Of a stretch of 64,000 nucleotides of DNA, positions 38,773 to 48,993 are shown piece after piece. Where the stretch lies: NCBI GenBank assembly GCA_963772455.1, contig CAVYXJ010000013.1, positions 64,001 through 128,000 on the forward strand, given 5' to 3'. A program made the translations under genes and the position numbers. This DNA comes from Candidatus Bathyarchaeota archaeon. GTDB lineage: Archaea > Thermoproteota > Bathyarchaeia > Bathyarchaeales > Bathycorpusculaceae. The notes below the pieces were generated by a model. That model was not told where the DNA came from. It saw nothing but the letters and a program-made list of their open reading frames with translations, and did not search any database. The first letter of the stretch is position 1, and every line of letters starts with the position of its first letter.

Positions 38773-40989
38773 ATGGCGCGTTATAGGCAAACAGACGAAA
38801 TTGTAAAACTGATGGAAACCCCCATTTTCGTACGCAACACCAGCATCATCGCTCACGTTGACCATGGAAAAACAACCCTGGCTGACAGCCTTCTGGCAGC
38901 TGCAGGTATCATCAGTACCCAAACAGCAGGACAGAAACTGTTCCTAGACTCATGGGACCTTGAGCAGAAACGTCAAATGACTGTCTTTGCTTCAAACGTC
39001 AGCTTAGTCCACACTTATCAAGAAAAAGATTACTTAATCAACCTAATCGACACACCTGGTCACATCGACTTTTCAGGAGCTGTGACAAGAAGTCTGCGAG
39101 CAGTTGATGGGGCACTCGTAGTTGTTGATGCAGTTGAAGGACCAATGACCCAGACCGAAACCGTTCTAATGCAGGCCCTAAGAGAACGCGTAAAGCCAAT
39201 TCTATTTATCAACAAAGTTGACCGTTTGATTAAAGAAATTAAACTAACCCCTCAAGAAATCCAAAAGAAATTTGCAAAAATTCTCCTAAGAGTTAACACT
39301 TTAATAGAGAAATATGCACCTGCCGAGCACAAGAAAGACTGGCAAGTAACCATTGAAGATAGTCGTGTAGCCTTTGGATCAGCTCTTCACAAATGGGGTT
39401 TAAATCTTGATCATATGCGAATGAAGAAAGTTACCTTCCAAGACATCATCGACGCTTACACAGGCGACCCAATTGAAGTCGGTAGAAAAGTGGATGAACT
39501 CAGTAAACGAGCTCCCTTGCCAGAACCAATCTTGGACATGTTCGTTAAACATCTTCCAAACCCGTATGAAGCACAGCCCTATCGGCAACCTCAGATTTGG
39601 CCAGGAGATGTTTCCAGCAAAACAGGTCAAGGAATGGCAAAAGTTGATCCTAAGGCACCGTTGCTCATGTGTATCTCAACAATTGAAGTAGATCCACACA
39701 GCGGAACAGTTGCAATCGGCAGAATATTCAGCGGTGCAATCGAAAGAGGCAAAACCGTTCAGCTTTTAAGCAGCAATCAAAAAGGCACCATTCAACAAGT
39801 ATTCATGAGTATGGCGACTGATCGTGTTCTCATTGACCGGGTTCCAGCAGGTAACATCGGAGCAATTTCCGGATTACCATCTATCCATGTAGGTGAAACC
39901 ATCGCTGAAGAAGGCGAAGAAGTACATTCTTTCGAAGGCTTAAACTACGTTTCTGACCCAGTCGTTACCGTAGCCGTTGAACCAGAAGACGTCAAAGACT
40001 TACCCTTATTCGATAAAGTCATGCACAAACTGACTACAGAAGACCCCAACTTACACTTCATCATGAACAAAGAAAGCGGAGAATTTCTCTTATCAGGAAT
40101 GGGTGAGCTCCACCTTGAAATTACTGCTTACCGAATGCAGGAAGCTGGATTAAAAGTTAAACTCAGCAAGCCAATTGTCATTTTCAGGGAAACTATCAGC
40201 CACGATTACAGGGGACCAGCAATCATGGGTAAAAGCCCCAATAAACACAACAAACTCTGGATTACCATAGACAAATTGTCTGACGAAGTTATCGAGGCAA
40301 TTAAGTCCGAAAAAATCACTGACATGCAAAGCAGGGACGAACGAACTAAAACTTTGCGCGCACTTGGTTGGGCACCAGACGAAGCCAAAGGAGCAGTAGC
40401 AGTTGAAGAAAACTGCATACTCTGCAACCGAATCCGTGGACGCCAATACGTAGAAGAAATCATCGACCACATAAAAACAGGATTCCGCGAAGCAGTACAC
40501 ACTTCACCACTCGCCAAGGAACCAGCTTACGGATTAAAAATTAACCTTGAAGACATCGTTCTACATGAAGACCCAGTTCACAGAGGTCCCGCACAAGCTA
40601 TACCAATGACTTGGAGACCAATCTACTGCGCTATACTCCTGAGCGATCCAAAACTACTTGAACCATTAATGAGTTTCGAATGCAAAGTTCCAAGCGAATA
40701 CGTCAGCGCCGTCATCACAATGCTAAACAAACGCCGCGGAAAAATCCTAGACATGCCCTCAGAAGATGACATAATCACCGTTAAAGCAGAAATGCCAGTT
40801 TCAGAAAGCTTCGGCATAGCTGACGAATTGCGCGGTTCAACTTCAGGCAGAGCATTTTGGGCAACACAGTTCAGTCGTTGGGCATATGTTCCAGAACAAA
40901 TGCAAGCTGATACCATCAAGAAGATCCGTGAACGCAGAGGACTACCATTAGTTCCGCCAAAGCCAGAAGAATACTTCGAGAAAGAATAA
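38773..40989 (+). CDS. fusA: Elongation factor 2 (possibly the divergent aEF-2 paralogue)
   Basis: AHVDHGKTT, DTPGH, NKVD, GMGELHLE, diphthamide loop HEDPVHRGPAQ; G2 reads RQMT rather than RGIT. Confidence 0.9.
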   Translation: MARYRQTDEIVKLMETPIFVRNTSIIAHVDHGKTTLADSLLAAAGIISTQTAGQKLFLDSWDLEQKRQMTVFASNVSLVHTYQEKDYLINLIDTPGHIDFSGAVTRSLRAVDGALVVVDAVEGPMTQTETVLMQALRERVKPILFINKVDRLIKEIKLTPQEIQKKFAKILLRVNTLIEKYAPAEHKKDWQVTIEDSRVAFGSALHKWGLNLDHMRMKKVTFQDIIDAYTGDPIEVGRKVDELSKRAPLPEPILDMFVKHLPNPYEAQPYRQPQIWPGDVSSKTGQGMAKVDPKAPLLMCISTIEVDPHSGTVAIGRIFSGAIERGKTVQLLSSNQKGTIQQVFMSMATDRVLIDRVPAGNIGAISGLPSIHVGETIAEEGEEVHSFEGLNYVSDPVVTVAVEPEDVKDLPLFDKVMHKLTTEDPNLHFIMNKESGEFLLSGMGELHLEITAYRMQEAGLKVKLSKPIVIFRETISHDYRGPAIMGKSPNKHNKLWITIDKLSDEVIEAIKSEKITDMQSRDERTKTLRALGWAPDEAKGAVAVEENCILCNRIRGRQYVEEIIDHIKTGFREAVHTSPLAKEPAYGLKINLEDIVLHEDPVHRGPAQAIPMTWRPIYCAILLSDPKLLEPLMSFECKVPSEYVSAVITMLNKRRGKILDMPSEDDIITVKAEMPVSESFGIADELRGSTSGRAFWATQFSRWAYVPEQMQADTIKKIRERRGLPLVPPKPEEYFEKE

Positions 40990-41108
40990 TCTTCTTTCTA
41001 AAATTTTTATTTTTTTATTTTTATAAAAAAAAGTTTTTCTTTCTAAATCTATAAAATTGCTTGTTTTTTTGGAGTAAGGCTTTAATCCACATTTTGAATT
41101 AAGGTTCA

Positions 41109-41705
41109 GTGAAGAATATGATTATTGGAATTTGCGGGAGCCCACGTAAACAAGCAACAGAATATGTTCTTGAACAAGCCCTTGCAATGTTGCAGGAAAA
41201 GGGGTTAGAAACTAAATTATGGTCAGTTCATGGAAAATGGGTTGACTACTGCGCACACTGCGATTATTGTCTAAAAAACAAGGAATGCATAGTCCAAGAT
41301 GATGTGCAGGAACTCTACGCCCTTCTCACAGGAGCCCAAGGAATCATTTTTGCATCCCCCGTCTACAACGGCGGAGTAAGCGCCCAAACAAAAGCAGTTA
41401 TGGATAGAATGCGGGCGGCGGTTGCTTCGGACAAGAATTTTTTCAAAGGCAAAATAGGCATGGGCATCGTAACAGGTGGCGACAGGAATGGCGGCCAAGA
41501 ATTTGCGCTCATGCAGATTCACAATTTCTTCATTATAAATGGGATGATCCCTGTTGGCGGCGGATTTTTTGGCGCTAACTTAGGCGCAACATTTTGGAGC
41601 AAAGACACACTGGAAGGTGTCAAGCTGGATGAGGAAGGGTTTAGAAGCCTAAAAAAAACCACTAAACGCTTCGCAGAATATGTTGACATTTACATTAAAA
41701 AGTAA
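41109..41705 (+). CDS. Iron-sulfur flavoprotein / NADPH-dependent FMN reductase family
   Basis: GSPRK, CAHCDYC...C, ASPVYNG, GGDRNGGQE. Confidence 0.88.
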   Translation: MKNMIIGICGSPRKQATEYVLEQALAMLQEKGLETKLWSVHGKWVDYCAHCDYCLKNKECIVQDDVQELYALLTGAQGIIFASPVYNGGVSAQTKAVMDRMRAAVASDKNFFKGKIGMGIVTGGDRNGGQEFALMQIHNFFIINGMIPVGGGFFGANLGATFWSKDTLEGVKLDEEGFRSLKKTTKRFAEYVDIYIKK

Positions 41706-41716
41706 GGTGAATTATT

Positions 41717-42301
41717 ATGGCCGAAGTTAAAGTTAAGAAACGTAAGGTTGCTTGGGGTATCACTGGTGCAGGAGATAAAATCCAAGAAATCATCGAAACC
41801 ATGAAGGACTTAAAAAAGCAGTCAGAAGACATTTTGGAGATTGACGTTTTCATCTCGAAGGCAGGAGAAACTATGCTCAAATTCTACCGTTTAGACGAGG
41901 AGTTAAAGAACAACTTTACCAAAGTTACGGTTGAAATGAACTCAAACTCGCCTTTCTTGGCAGGTATGGTGCAAAGTGGCAAGTACGAATTTCTTTTGAT
42001 TATGCCAGCTTCCTCAAACACTGTAGCAAAACTGGTTAACGGCATAGGAGATACATTGCTTACAAACTCGGCGTTAATGAGTCTCAAAGCATTCGTGCCT
42101 GTTTGGGTTATGCCAGTAGATTTCAAAGAAAGCATCGTTTATACCAAACTGCCCAATGGCAAAGAAATGAAACTGCGAGTACGCAAAGAAGAGGCAGACC
42201 AAGTACGCAAACTGGAACAAACTGAGGATGTTCGTGTGTTCGAGAACCCAGCGAAGGTACATGAAGGTTTTTTGGAGTGGCTAAAAACTATTAAGGCGTA
42301 A
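41717..42301 (+). CDS. Archaeal flavoprotein AfpA-like (HFCD family)
   Basis: VAWGITGAG, NSPFLAG, PASSNTVAK, GIGDTLLTN. Confidence 0.85.
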   Translation: MAEVKVKKRKVAWGITGAGDKIQEIIETMKDLKKQSEDILEIDVFISKAGETMLKFYRLDEELKNNFTKVTVEMNSNSPFLAGMVQSGKYEFLLIMPASSNTVAKLVNGIGDTLLTNSALMSLKAFVPVWVMPVDFKESIVYTKLPNGKEMKLRVRKEEADQVRKLEQTEDVRVFENPAKVHEGFLEWLKTIKA

Positions 42302-42336
42302 GGAACAGCCTATCAACTTTCAATTAAATCCTTAAA

Positions 42337-43089
42337 TTAAGTAGGATTTGGGAGACTGCTTTTTTTATTGAATTTATTTGATACAATTTGATAGATAACA
42401 ATTGCAGAGTAAAACCCATATGAAAGCAAAAGAACTGGGCGATATATTGCGTACTTAAGGTCACTGACCACAAATCCAACATTGTTATTTAGTGACCAAA
42501 CTGTGTTTGGTCGAAAATGAAAGCAGTAAGGTTCATAGACGCCAATCACTTTGAGGCCTTTTTTCTCTATCCATGATTTGATAAATCCATCTTCATAAGT
42601 GTGAAGATGAGCTGGGATTTTTATATCATCAACGGTCTTTCGGCGAATCAAAAGGTCGTGAGTTCCGCCTCGTTGTTCAAATATTTTTAGTGTCATTCTT
42701 TCGAAAAGTCTTAATATTTTTGCTCCTTTTAGAACCGACCATATTTCAATTCCCCAGATTGCGCCGACATCTTCTTTAACAAATTTTTGTGCTTTAGCAA
42801 ACCAGTTCTTTGACAATATAACGTCGCTGTCTACAAACATGAACCATTCAGTACTTACTAGTTGAATTGCTGTCTGTCTGGCTTTGCCTCTGGTCCCTTT
42901 TTCTTGAACAAATTTTACGTTTCCGTATCTTTCTTGAAATTCGTTTAATATTTTCTCCGTCGCATCGGTGGAGAATCCGTCAACAACAATTAGGTTTTTG
43001 ACAGGCACGTTGTTATAAACTGAGTTTATGCATTCTTTTAGCATTCTTGCGCTATTCTTTGTAAGAATTGCAACGTCAATAGCTTCCAT
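42337..43089 (-). CDS. Glycosyltransferase family 2
   Basis: Start MEAIDV; VVDGFSTDAT, FVDSD, YED. Confidence 0.9.
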   Translation of the reverse strand: MEAIDVAILTKNSARMLKECINSVYNNVPVKNLIVVDGFSTDATEKILNEFQERYGNVKFVQEKGTRGKARQTAIQLVSTEWFMFVDSDVILSKNWFAKAQKFVKEDVGAIWGIEIWSVLKGAKILRLFERMTLKIFEQRGGTHDLLIRRKTVDDIKIPAHLHTYEDGFIKSWIEKKGLKVIGVYEPYCFHFRPNTVWSLNNNVGFVVSDLKYAIYRPVLLLSYGFYSAIVIYQIVSNKFNKKSSLPNPT

Positions 43090-43516
43090 GTTATTGGAGA
43101 CTCCTTCGATATTTGTGAAGGGTTCCTTCAGCGAGAAGCATAAAAAATTCAGGGTTTTCAAGATCTGAAACAAATAATTGAACCGGAATGCCTCTCATTA
43201 ATTCAACCCTTTCGCTGAAGTGTTCCCAAATTGTAAGAGCTATATTTAAACAAACAGTATAACCCCTTGAGATTAACTTGAAATGTTTCTTTTTCTTTTG
43301 ATAACTGCTTAGAAACAGCCTTGTAAAATCAAAAAATTATTCCTTAATGGTTTCAATGTGCTACAATTTCGCAAAAGACTTTGAAATGAACTAATGAAAT
43401 TCCATGTAGTCGTTATACTTGCACCAAATGGAACAATTATTAAATTATTTGTAACGTGAAAGTCGCAAAATATAAAAATCATGCGCAAATAGAAAATGCT
43501 CCTCAGGGTGACCTCA

Positions 43517-43852
43517 ATGAACTTCTGTCCAGAATGCGGAGGAATACTTCAAGTCATCAAAAAAGGTGCTCCTTCACTCAGATGTCCAAAATGTAAATAT
43601 CAAAAACAACTAAAACCAGAAGAAAGAAAACAGAAAATTAGCATACAATGCGGTAAATCTGCAGAAATTGCGGTCATCGACAAAAAAGCAGCATCCCTAA
43701 GGCAAATGCCCATAGTTAATATTGTTTGCTTAACATGCGGCCACACCCAAAGCGAAACTTGGAACGTGGAAGCTGCAGACGAAACCATACACTCGACTAT
43801 TACCTTCTTTAGGTGCACAAAATGTGGAGCAACAAGAAGAGAGTCAGGATGA
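43517..43852 (+). CDS. TFS/RpoM-like double zinc-ribbon transcription factor
   Basis: MNFCPECG...CPKC and CLTCG...AADET...FFRCTKCG. Confidence 0.8.
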   Translation: MNFCPECGGILQVIKKGAPSLRCPKCKYQKQLKPEERKQKISIQCGKSAEIAVIDKKAASLRQMPIVNIVCLTCGHTQSETWNVEAADETIHSTITFFRCTKCGATRRESG

Positions 43853-44168
43853 TTCAACAATGAAAGACTATTGCAACTAAATGTGAGAAATTTCTTCCTT
43901 TTAGTGATGGAAAATTATAACTAAAAGTTACCTTGGAAGTTTTTTTAAATTCCATTAATTTAATCGATTTTTTTAATTTTTGGTGAGAAAGCTGGATTTA
44001 AACCGACTACCTTTACCAAGAGGGAACAAAGTGTCACGAGCATTGGTTCAGTTTCTGTCTTTTCATTGGGGTTGGACCCTGAATTCCATGATGAATTTAA
44101 GAAGATTCCTACATTAATCCAATGTCTTTTTATAATTCTGTAATGTATGTTTTTAAAAGAAAATGTTT

Positions 44169-44308
44169 GGGGTTGTAGTATAGCCAGGTAGTACGGCGGG
44201 CTCCAGAAAGCATTGATTGCTTGACCCGTATGGGGATGACGAAATTCTGGAGCGGTCTACTTTGGGGAAACCCGTTGGTCATCGGTTCAAATCCGATCAG
44301 CCCCACCA
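44169..44308 (+). tRNA. tRNA-Trp(CCA) with ~63 nt intron at 37/38 (44207-44269)
   Basis: Acceptor GGGGTTG/CAGCCCC, anticodon stem GCGGG/CCCGT with CT-CCA-G, T-loop TTCAAAT, encoded CCA. Confidence 0.9.
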
Positions 44309-44530
44309 TCTTTTATTTCAAGTATTAAAAAGAAAACAAAAACAGTATTATTTGATAATGTGAGTAAAGAGAGAAAGTGAACTCATTTTTAACTAAAGTT
44401 TCAAACTGTAGCTTTCTTTGCCTTATCGTAATGTATGCATAAACTATTGAATAACTCTGAGAACCTTTGCCCTCTCGCTTTTTTGCTGCATAAATACTCC
44501 AAATTTTTTTCTTTCTTTTTGTTAATTCAG

Positions 44531-44950
44531 TTATCGGAACAACTTCCATTCTGTTCGCAATAAGATACTCAGAATAACGATACTTGCACAATTAACTATT
44601 ATGCCAAATGTCAAAATTCCAACAACCATGCTGGTTATGAATGCAGCAATGGCGGTTAGGCATATTGCGTAAAATCCCACTTTTCTCCACATGAGAAGTG
44701 CTATGATTGAGCATATGCTAATTATTGTGTAAATTATAAAAAGAGGTATTGACCAAAGCGGAGAACCACCAAAGAAGCCATCAAAAAATGAGAAAAGAAT
44801 TGCTCCCAAGGGGAAGAAAAGTAAACGTATACTAGGTACTTGTGAGAGCAGAAATATCATATTTCCAAGCAGAATTATTACAAGCCAAAAAGTTAACCCT
44901 CCGTCACGTTTTTTGGGCTGGTTTGGCTGGTTTTCTGACATACTTTTCAA
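44531..44950 (-). CDS. Membrane protein (4 TM)
   Basis: Hydrophobic segments; KKRDGGLTFWL and WRKVGFY. Confidence 0.7.
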   Translation of the reverse strand: MKSMSENQPNQPKKRDGGLTFWLVIILLGNMIFLLSQVPSIRLLFFPLGAILFSFFDGFFGGSPLWSIPLFIIYTIISICSIIALLMWRKVGFYAICLTAIAAFITSMVVGILTFGIIVNCASIVILSILLRTEWKLFR

Positions 44951-45460
44951 TTTGTTTGGTTTTAGCTTTAAGTTTTGCCTTTTGACCTTGATTTTCTGCC
45001 TTTCCTAGTGAATTCAACCGATTCCATAACTCGAAAAGTTCCCATTTAATCGGTAGTATGTGTGCCCATCATTTAACTTATTCTTGGGTGTTGTCCTGAC
45101 TCTGTTTTTGCTTAGAGAACTGTTCTGAACGGCTCCTCTATAATTAGCAATAAAAGCGCAGCGGAATTTCTTTATCATAGGTTGCAAAACAGCCTTTCTT
45201 TCCAAATGGGTGTTTCCATTTTTTGTAGATTGCCGTTGTTTCGTTTATGCTTCTTACGAGGTATCCTGTGCTTTTCCTTAAGTGGCTTTTCCAGAAAAAT
45301 TTTGTGGCGAGTAAACATTTTTTTCTGGCGCTTAGTCAATATTTGTCTAGACTACGACCCACCCTGCTATTCAGTGTGCAAATAAGTAACCTGCAACAAC
45401 AAAATATTTCATTAACGTATCCGTACTTTGGAATAAGGCAAGACAAAAAACCGTGGGCAA

Positions 45461-45802
45461 CTATTTGATTGCTATTAACTCGAATTTCTTGAATTGAGAT
45501 CCTGATTGCTTCATAACTTGTAAGCTATGACGAAGTTTAGTGTCCTTCAACGATAGTTCAGTTAGCTCTCTTTCAAGATCTCCGCTAAGATCGGCAGTAT
45601 ATACTTTGATGGTGGCAAGGTAAATCTTCGCTTTCTTTATTTTATCCAAATCCAGATCGCTTTGTGCATCAAGACAAAATGGAACCCCTTCATCGATGTT
45701 TTGGGCATCAAGGTGGTGTTCTTGTTTGTTTACTTTCATGACGCGAATTCTCCTCTGAACAGTTTCAGCAAACTTCCAATCCGGACTTGACATACTTATC
45801 AC
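45461..45802 (-). CDS. Hypothetical protein
   Basis: 113 aa ORF with GGGTGA near the start. Confidence 0.6.
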   Translation of the reverse strand: MISMSSPDWKFAETVQRRIRVMKVNKQEHHLDAQNIDEGVPFCLDAQSDLDLDKIKKAKIYLATIKVYTADLSGDLERELTELSLKDTKLRHSLQVMKQSGSQFKKFELIAIK

Positions 45803-46034
45803 CCCTTTTAGCTACATCCTTACATTTTACCTTAACTACATATTTTATTAAGAAAACAACAATAATTAAAAATAAGCAACTTGTTCCATAAAATACGTTG
45901 AAGAGAATTCAATTCTACTGTTAAAAGTGATGGTTTCAGATCAACAAAACAAAGATCTTTAAAAAGCTGTGAATCTTCCTTTTTTCAATAAAAAAAACAG
46001 AAGGTATATATGGGATAATTGAACATTAGGGTTG

Positions 46035-46157
46035 GGTTTGCCGGTCAAAGGACTCGGGTTCCACCTGATCCCATTCCGAACTCAGAAGTTAAACCGTGTT
46101 CCGTTTCCAGCTGTAGTGTGGTCTTAGGCCACGTGAACCTGGGAAAGCTGGCAACCT
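46035..46157 (+). rRNA. rrf: 5S rRNA (stand-alone)
   Basis: CACCTGATCCCATTCCGAACTCAGAAGTTAA core; terminal helix TTGCCGGT/GCTGGCAA; ~120 nt; TATA (GGTATATA) upstream. Confidence 0.92.
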
Positions 46158-46227
46158 ACTTCTTATTAATTTCAATATAGAATTCAACGTGATTTGGCAT
46201 AGCTTTATAACTTACTTTTAATAGTTT

Positions 46228-47358
46228 TTGGAGAAGTGGTGTCTTAAAGTGAGTCTTATTCCCGGAAGCGATTCAATTACACAGATTATTAGTTTGCTAT
46301 CATACGTGTTCTTCATAGTTTTAATTTTCTATGGTCAACGTATTCAAATGTATGTAATGATCCGCGAGGTTGAAAACAGTCTCCATAAACTGCGGCACAT
46401 AAAAGAAGAAGGCAGAAAAACCGCTATAGAAACATTAAAAGAAATAGGCAAACCTACAGCCGATCCCTCAGCCCGTGTAGACCGCTACCTAGAATACTTT
46501 ACAATCGGACCCCAAAACATGGATCCTGCCGGGATAGTGAACAAGCTTGATCATATCCTAGACGTACGCGACGAACGACTAAAAGAAGAAGTCAGACTAA
46601 TGGCACCTGCCGCCCAGAACGACGAAGTGCAAATCAACAACCTTGAAAACACCCTCGAAGCGGCAATGGCGCTTAACTTCATCTACAAAGTCGTGCGCCA
46701 TTACTATATACAAGGCAAAAAAACCCTAAGCCTATACGTAATAATGCAACTTCAAATGATCTTGCCCATGGTTATGAAAGAGGCTGAAGCATATTCAAGC
46801 GCTCTCAAAGCATTCGCATATGGGCAACCAATAGGAGATGGTGCTGGACCTTTGGTGGCAGGAAAACTCATGCATGGTTACGAAATTCGTAAACTACCCA
46901 AAGACTGTGTAATGGCAACAGTCCCAATAGAAGGACGAACTGCCCTGGTTATCAAAGCAGAAGGCCCCGGCGGAAACGTAGGCAAACCTGGCGAGGCAGT
47001 TGAAGCAGTAATCGAAGAAAACGAAGGCAAAATCGGTCTTCTAATCATGATCGACGCAGGCTTAAAACTTGAAGGAGAACTCGTAGGCGAAGTCTCAGAA
47101 GGCATTGGTGCAGCAATCGGCGGACCAGGCGTAGATGCATACAAAATTGAAGAAAAACTAACAAAATACAAGATCCGCAACTACGCAGTAATAGTCAAAG
47201 AAGATATCGGCGACGCAGTATCTCCAATGCGCAAAGAAATACACGATGCAACCGACAAAGTCATCGAACGAGTTAAAGGCGTTATCTTGGAACGAACCAA
47301 AGAAGGTGACAAAGTCATAATCGTTGGCGTCGGCAACTCAATCGGAGTTGGACAATAA
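46228..47358 (+). CDS. DUF1512 family protein
   Basis: PIGDGAGPLVA, KAEGPGGNVG, IDAGLKLEGE, GVGNSIGVGQ. Confidence 0.85.
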   Translation: MEKWCLKVSLIPGSDSITQIISLLSYVFFIVLIFYGQRIQMYVMIREVENSLHKLRHIKEEGRKTAIETLKEIGKPTADPSARVDRYLEYFTIGPQNMDPAGIVNKLDHILDVRDERLKEEVRLMAPAAQNDEVQINNLENTLEAAMALNFIYKVVRHYYIQGKKTLSLYVIMQLQMILPMVMKEAEAYSSALKAFAYGQPIGDGAGPLVAGKLMHGYEIRKLPKDCVMATVPIEGRTALVIKAEGPGGNVGKPGEAVEAVIEENEGKIGLLIMIDAGLKLEGELVGEVSEGIGAAIGGPGVDAYKIEEKLTKYKIRNYAVIVKEDIGDAVSPMRKEIHDATDKVIERVKGVILERTKEGDKVIIVGVGNSIGVGQ

Positions 47359-47798
47359 TGAGGATGAAAAACATGACACAAAACCAAACACAAGCAACAG
47401 CGCCAGCAAGCAAAAAAATCTCCACCTACCTCACCATGATTGTTCTAATAGTCATGGCATTAGCTGTAACAGCACTTTTCATTGCATTCGAAACATACGT
47501 GGCAGGCGATCAGATAGCTGCAGGCGTCTTAGCAGGCATAGGAATAATCGCATTGGTACTTTCATTGTTCTTACTCTACCAATCAAAGCTGCAATCAGCA
47601 CAAGTAAAAATCGAAGTTCCCAAAGTAATGACAACAATCGAATGCAAATGCGGCAGCAAAACAGTGCGAGAATTCCAGCGAGGCGACTACGTATACAAAG
47701 AACTTGACATTCCATGCCAAAAATGCCCTACAACAAAACAAATGATAACCGGAATCTACAAAGAAGTCAAAGAAAAAGAAAAAACCTTCAACGTCTAA
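47358..47798 (+). CDS. Membrane protein with C-terminal zinc finger
   Basis: Two TMs, then TIECKCG...REFQRGDYV...CQKC...ITGIY. Confidence 0.75.
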   Translation: MRMKNMTQNQTQATAPASKKISTYLTMIVLIVMALAVTALFIAFETYVAGDQIAAGVLAGIGIIALVLSLFLLYQSKLQSAQVKIEVPKVMTTIECKCGSKTVREFQRGDYVYKELDIPCQKCPTTKQMITGIYKEVKEKEKTFNV

Positions 47799-47831
47799 TT
47801 TTCCTTTTTTAATTTTAATTAACTCTATTTT

Positions 47832-48734
47832 CTAAGTTAAAACTTCGCAACCATCATCTTTTATTAATATTGTATGCTCAGCTTGAGCAACAGGTTTCTC
47901 GCTTGCTTCAACAAAAACTGGGTACCCCATGATTGCTTTTGAATCGAATAATTCTTTGAAAGCTGCTTTATGTTGTTCTTGAGGGATTACGCCTATGAGC
48001 CAGCGTTCGGCAAATGGTAGCGTTCTAAAATTAGTTTCGATGTGTTTTAACATTTTTTTTGCTGAGTCAGTTTTCACTGATTTAGATTTTAATAAGCGGT
48101 AAATGGTCTTTTGTGGGCCATCATCGACTCTGCCAATTGCATCTGGAACAGTAACGAATGGTTCAATTGCATAGACTTCACCCGATTTTACTTTGTATGG
48201 TGAAAATCCAGCAACATTAGGAATTGAAGTTCCAGCATGAATGAGGTATCGTCCAACCGAGTGACCCGTTAAGTTGCTAATGGGTTTAAATCCGCGGTTT
48301 TTTATGGTTGTCTCGATCAACGCCCCAATTTTACTAAGCATCATGTCACCATGAATGTTGTCGATAGCCGTTTTCAAAGCAAGTTCGGCAGTGTTTGCCA
48401 AACTTCTACCCTCTGAACTAAAACAAGCTGTAAATGCTGTGTCAGTAACGTAACCATCTACTTGGACACCTAAATCTACCTTAACTGTGGAGCCTTCAGG
48501 AATCAACGACTTATCTCCGGGAGGTGAAGTGTAATGTGCAGCAACTTCATTTATACTCACATTGCAAGGAAAAGCAGGTTTTCCACCCTTAGCGCGAATT
48601 AGTCCTTCAACTTTCTCGCAGACATCAATGATTGGCATATTCTCTTTTACTTGGCTTCGCATTTCCTCGCGAGTTTCGCGCAGAATTTTGCCTGATTTGC
48701 GAAATGTTTCAAGTTCTTCCTTGTCGTACGGCAT
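47832..48734 (-). CDS. map: Methionine aminopeptidase type II
   Basis: AFPCNVSINEVAAHY, DLGVQVDGYVTDTA, NLTGH, AIEPF, AQAEHT. Confidence 0.96.
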   Translation of the reverse strand: MPYDKEELETFRKSGKILRETREEMRSQVKENMPIIDVCEKVEGLIRAKGGKPAFPCNVSINEVAAHYTSPPGDKSLIPEGSTVKVDLGVQVDGYVTDTAFTACFSSEGRSLANTAELALKTAIDNIHGDMMLSKIGALIETTIKNRGFKPISNLTGHSVGRYLIHAGTSIPNVAGFSPYKVKSGEVYAIEPFVTVPDAIGRVDDGPQKTIYRLLKSKSVKTDSAKKMLKHIETNFRTLPFAERWLIGVIPQEQHKAAFKELFDSKAIMGYPVFVEASEKPVAQAEHTILIKDDGCEVLT

Positions 48735-48993
48735 TGAATTTCACTTGATTCTGAATTTGGTTAATGCACTGCATGCTTAAATGGGTAACCACTCTTTGCA
48801 AACGAATGGTTTTGTTTTCTTAAGAAATTAAGATTGAATCAACTTTTGTAAAATGTTACTTATTCTTTTACTTCTTTGAATGTAACAGTTGTTTCTTTCG
48901 GTATTGTTTTCTGTGTTATTGTGTATTTTTTGTTTTTTTTGTTTGTCATGAGCAAGTAAACATTGGATCGTGCTTTATAAGTTGTGTTTTATA

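Noticed and set aside
43981-44013. TGGTGAGAAAGCTGGATTTAAACCGACTACC resembles an antisense tRNA 3' end (att relic)
   Set aside because: Too degenerate: no paired T-stem, no matching tRNA and no integrase nearby.
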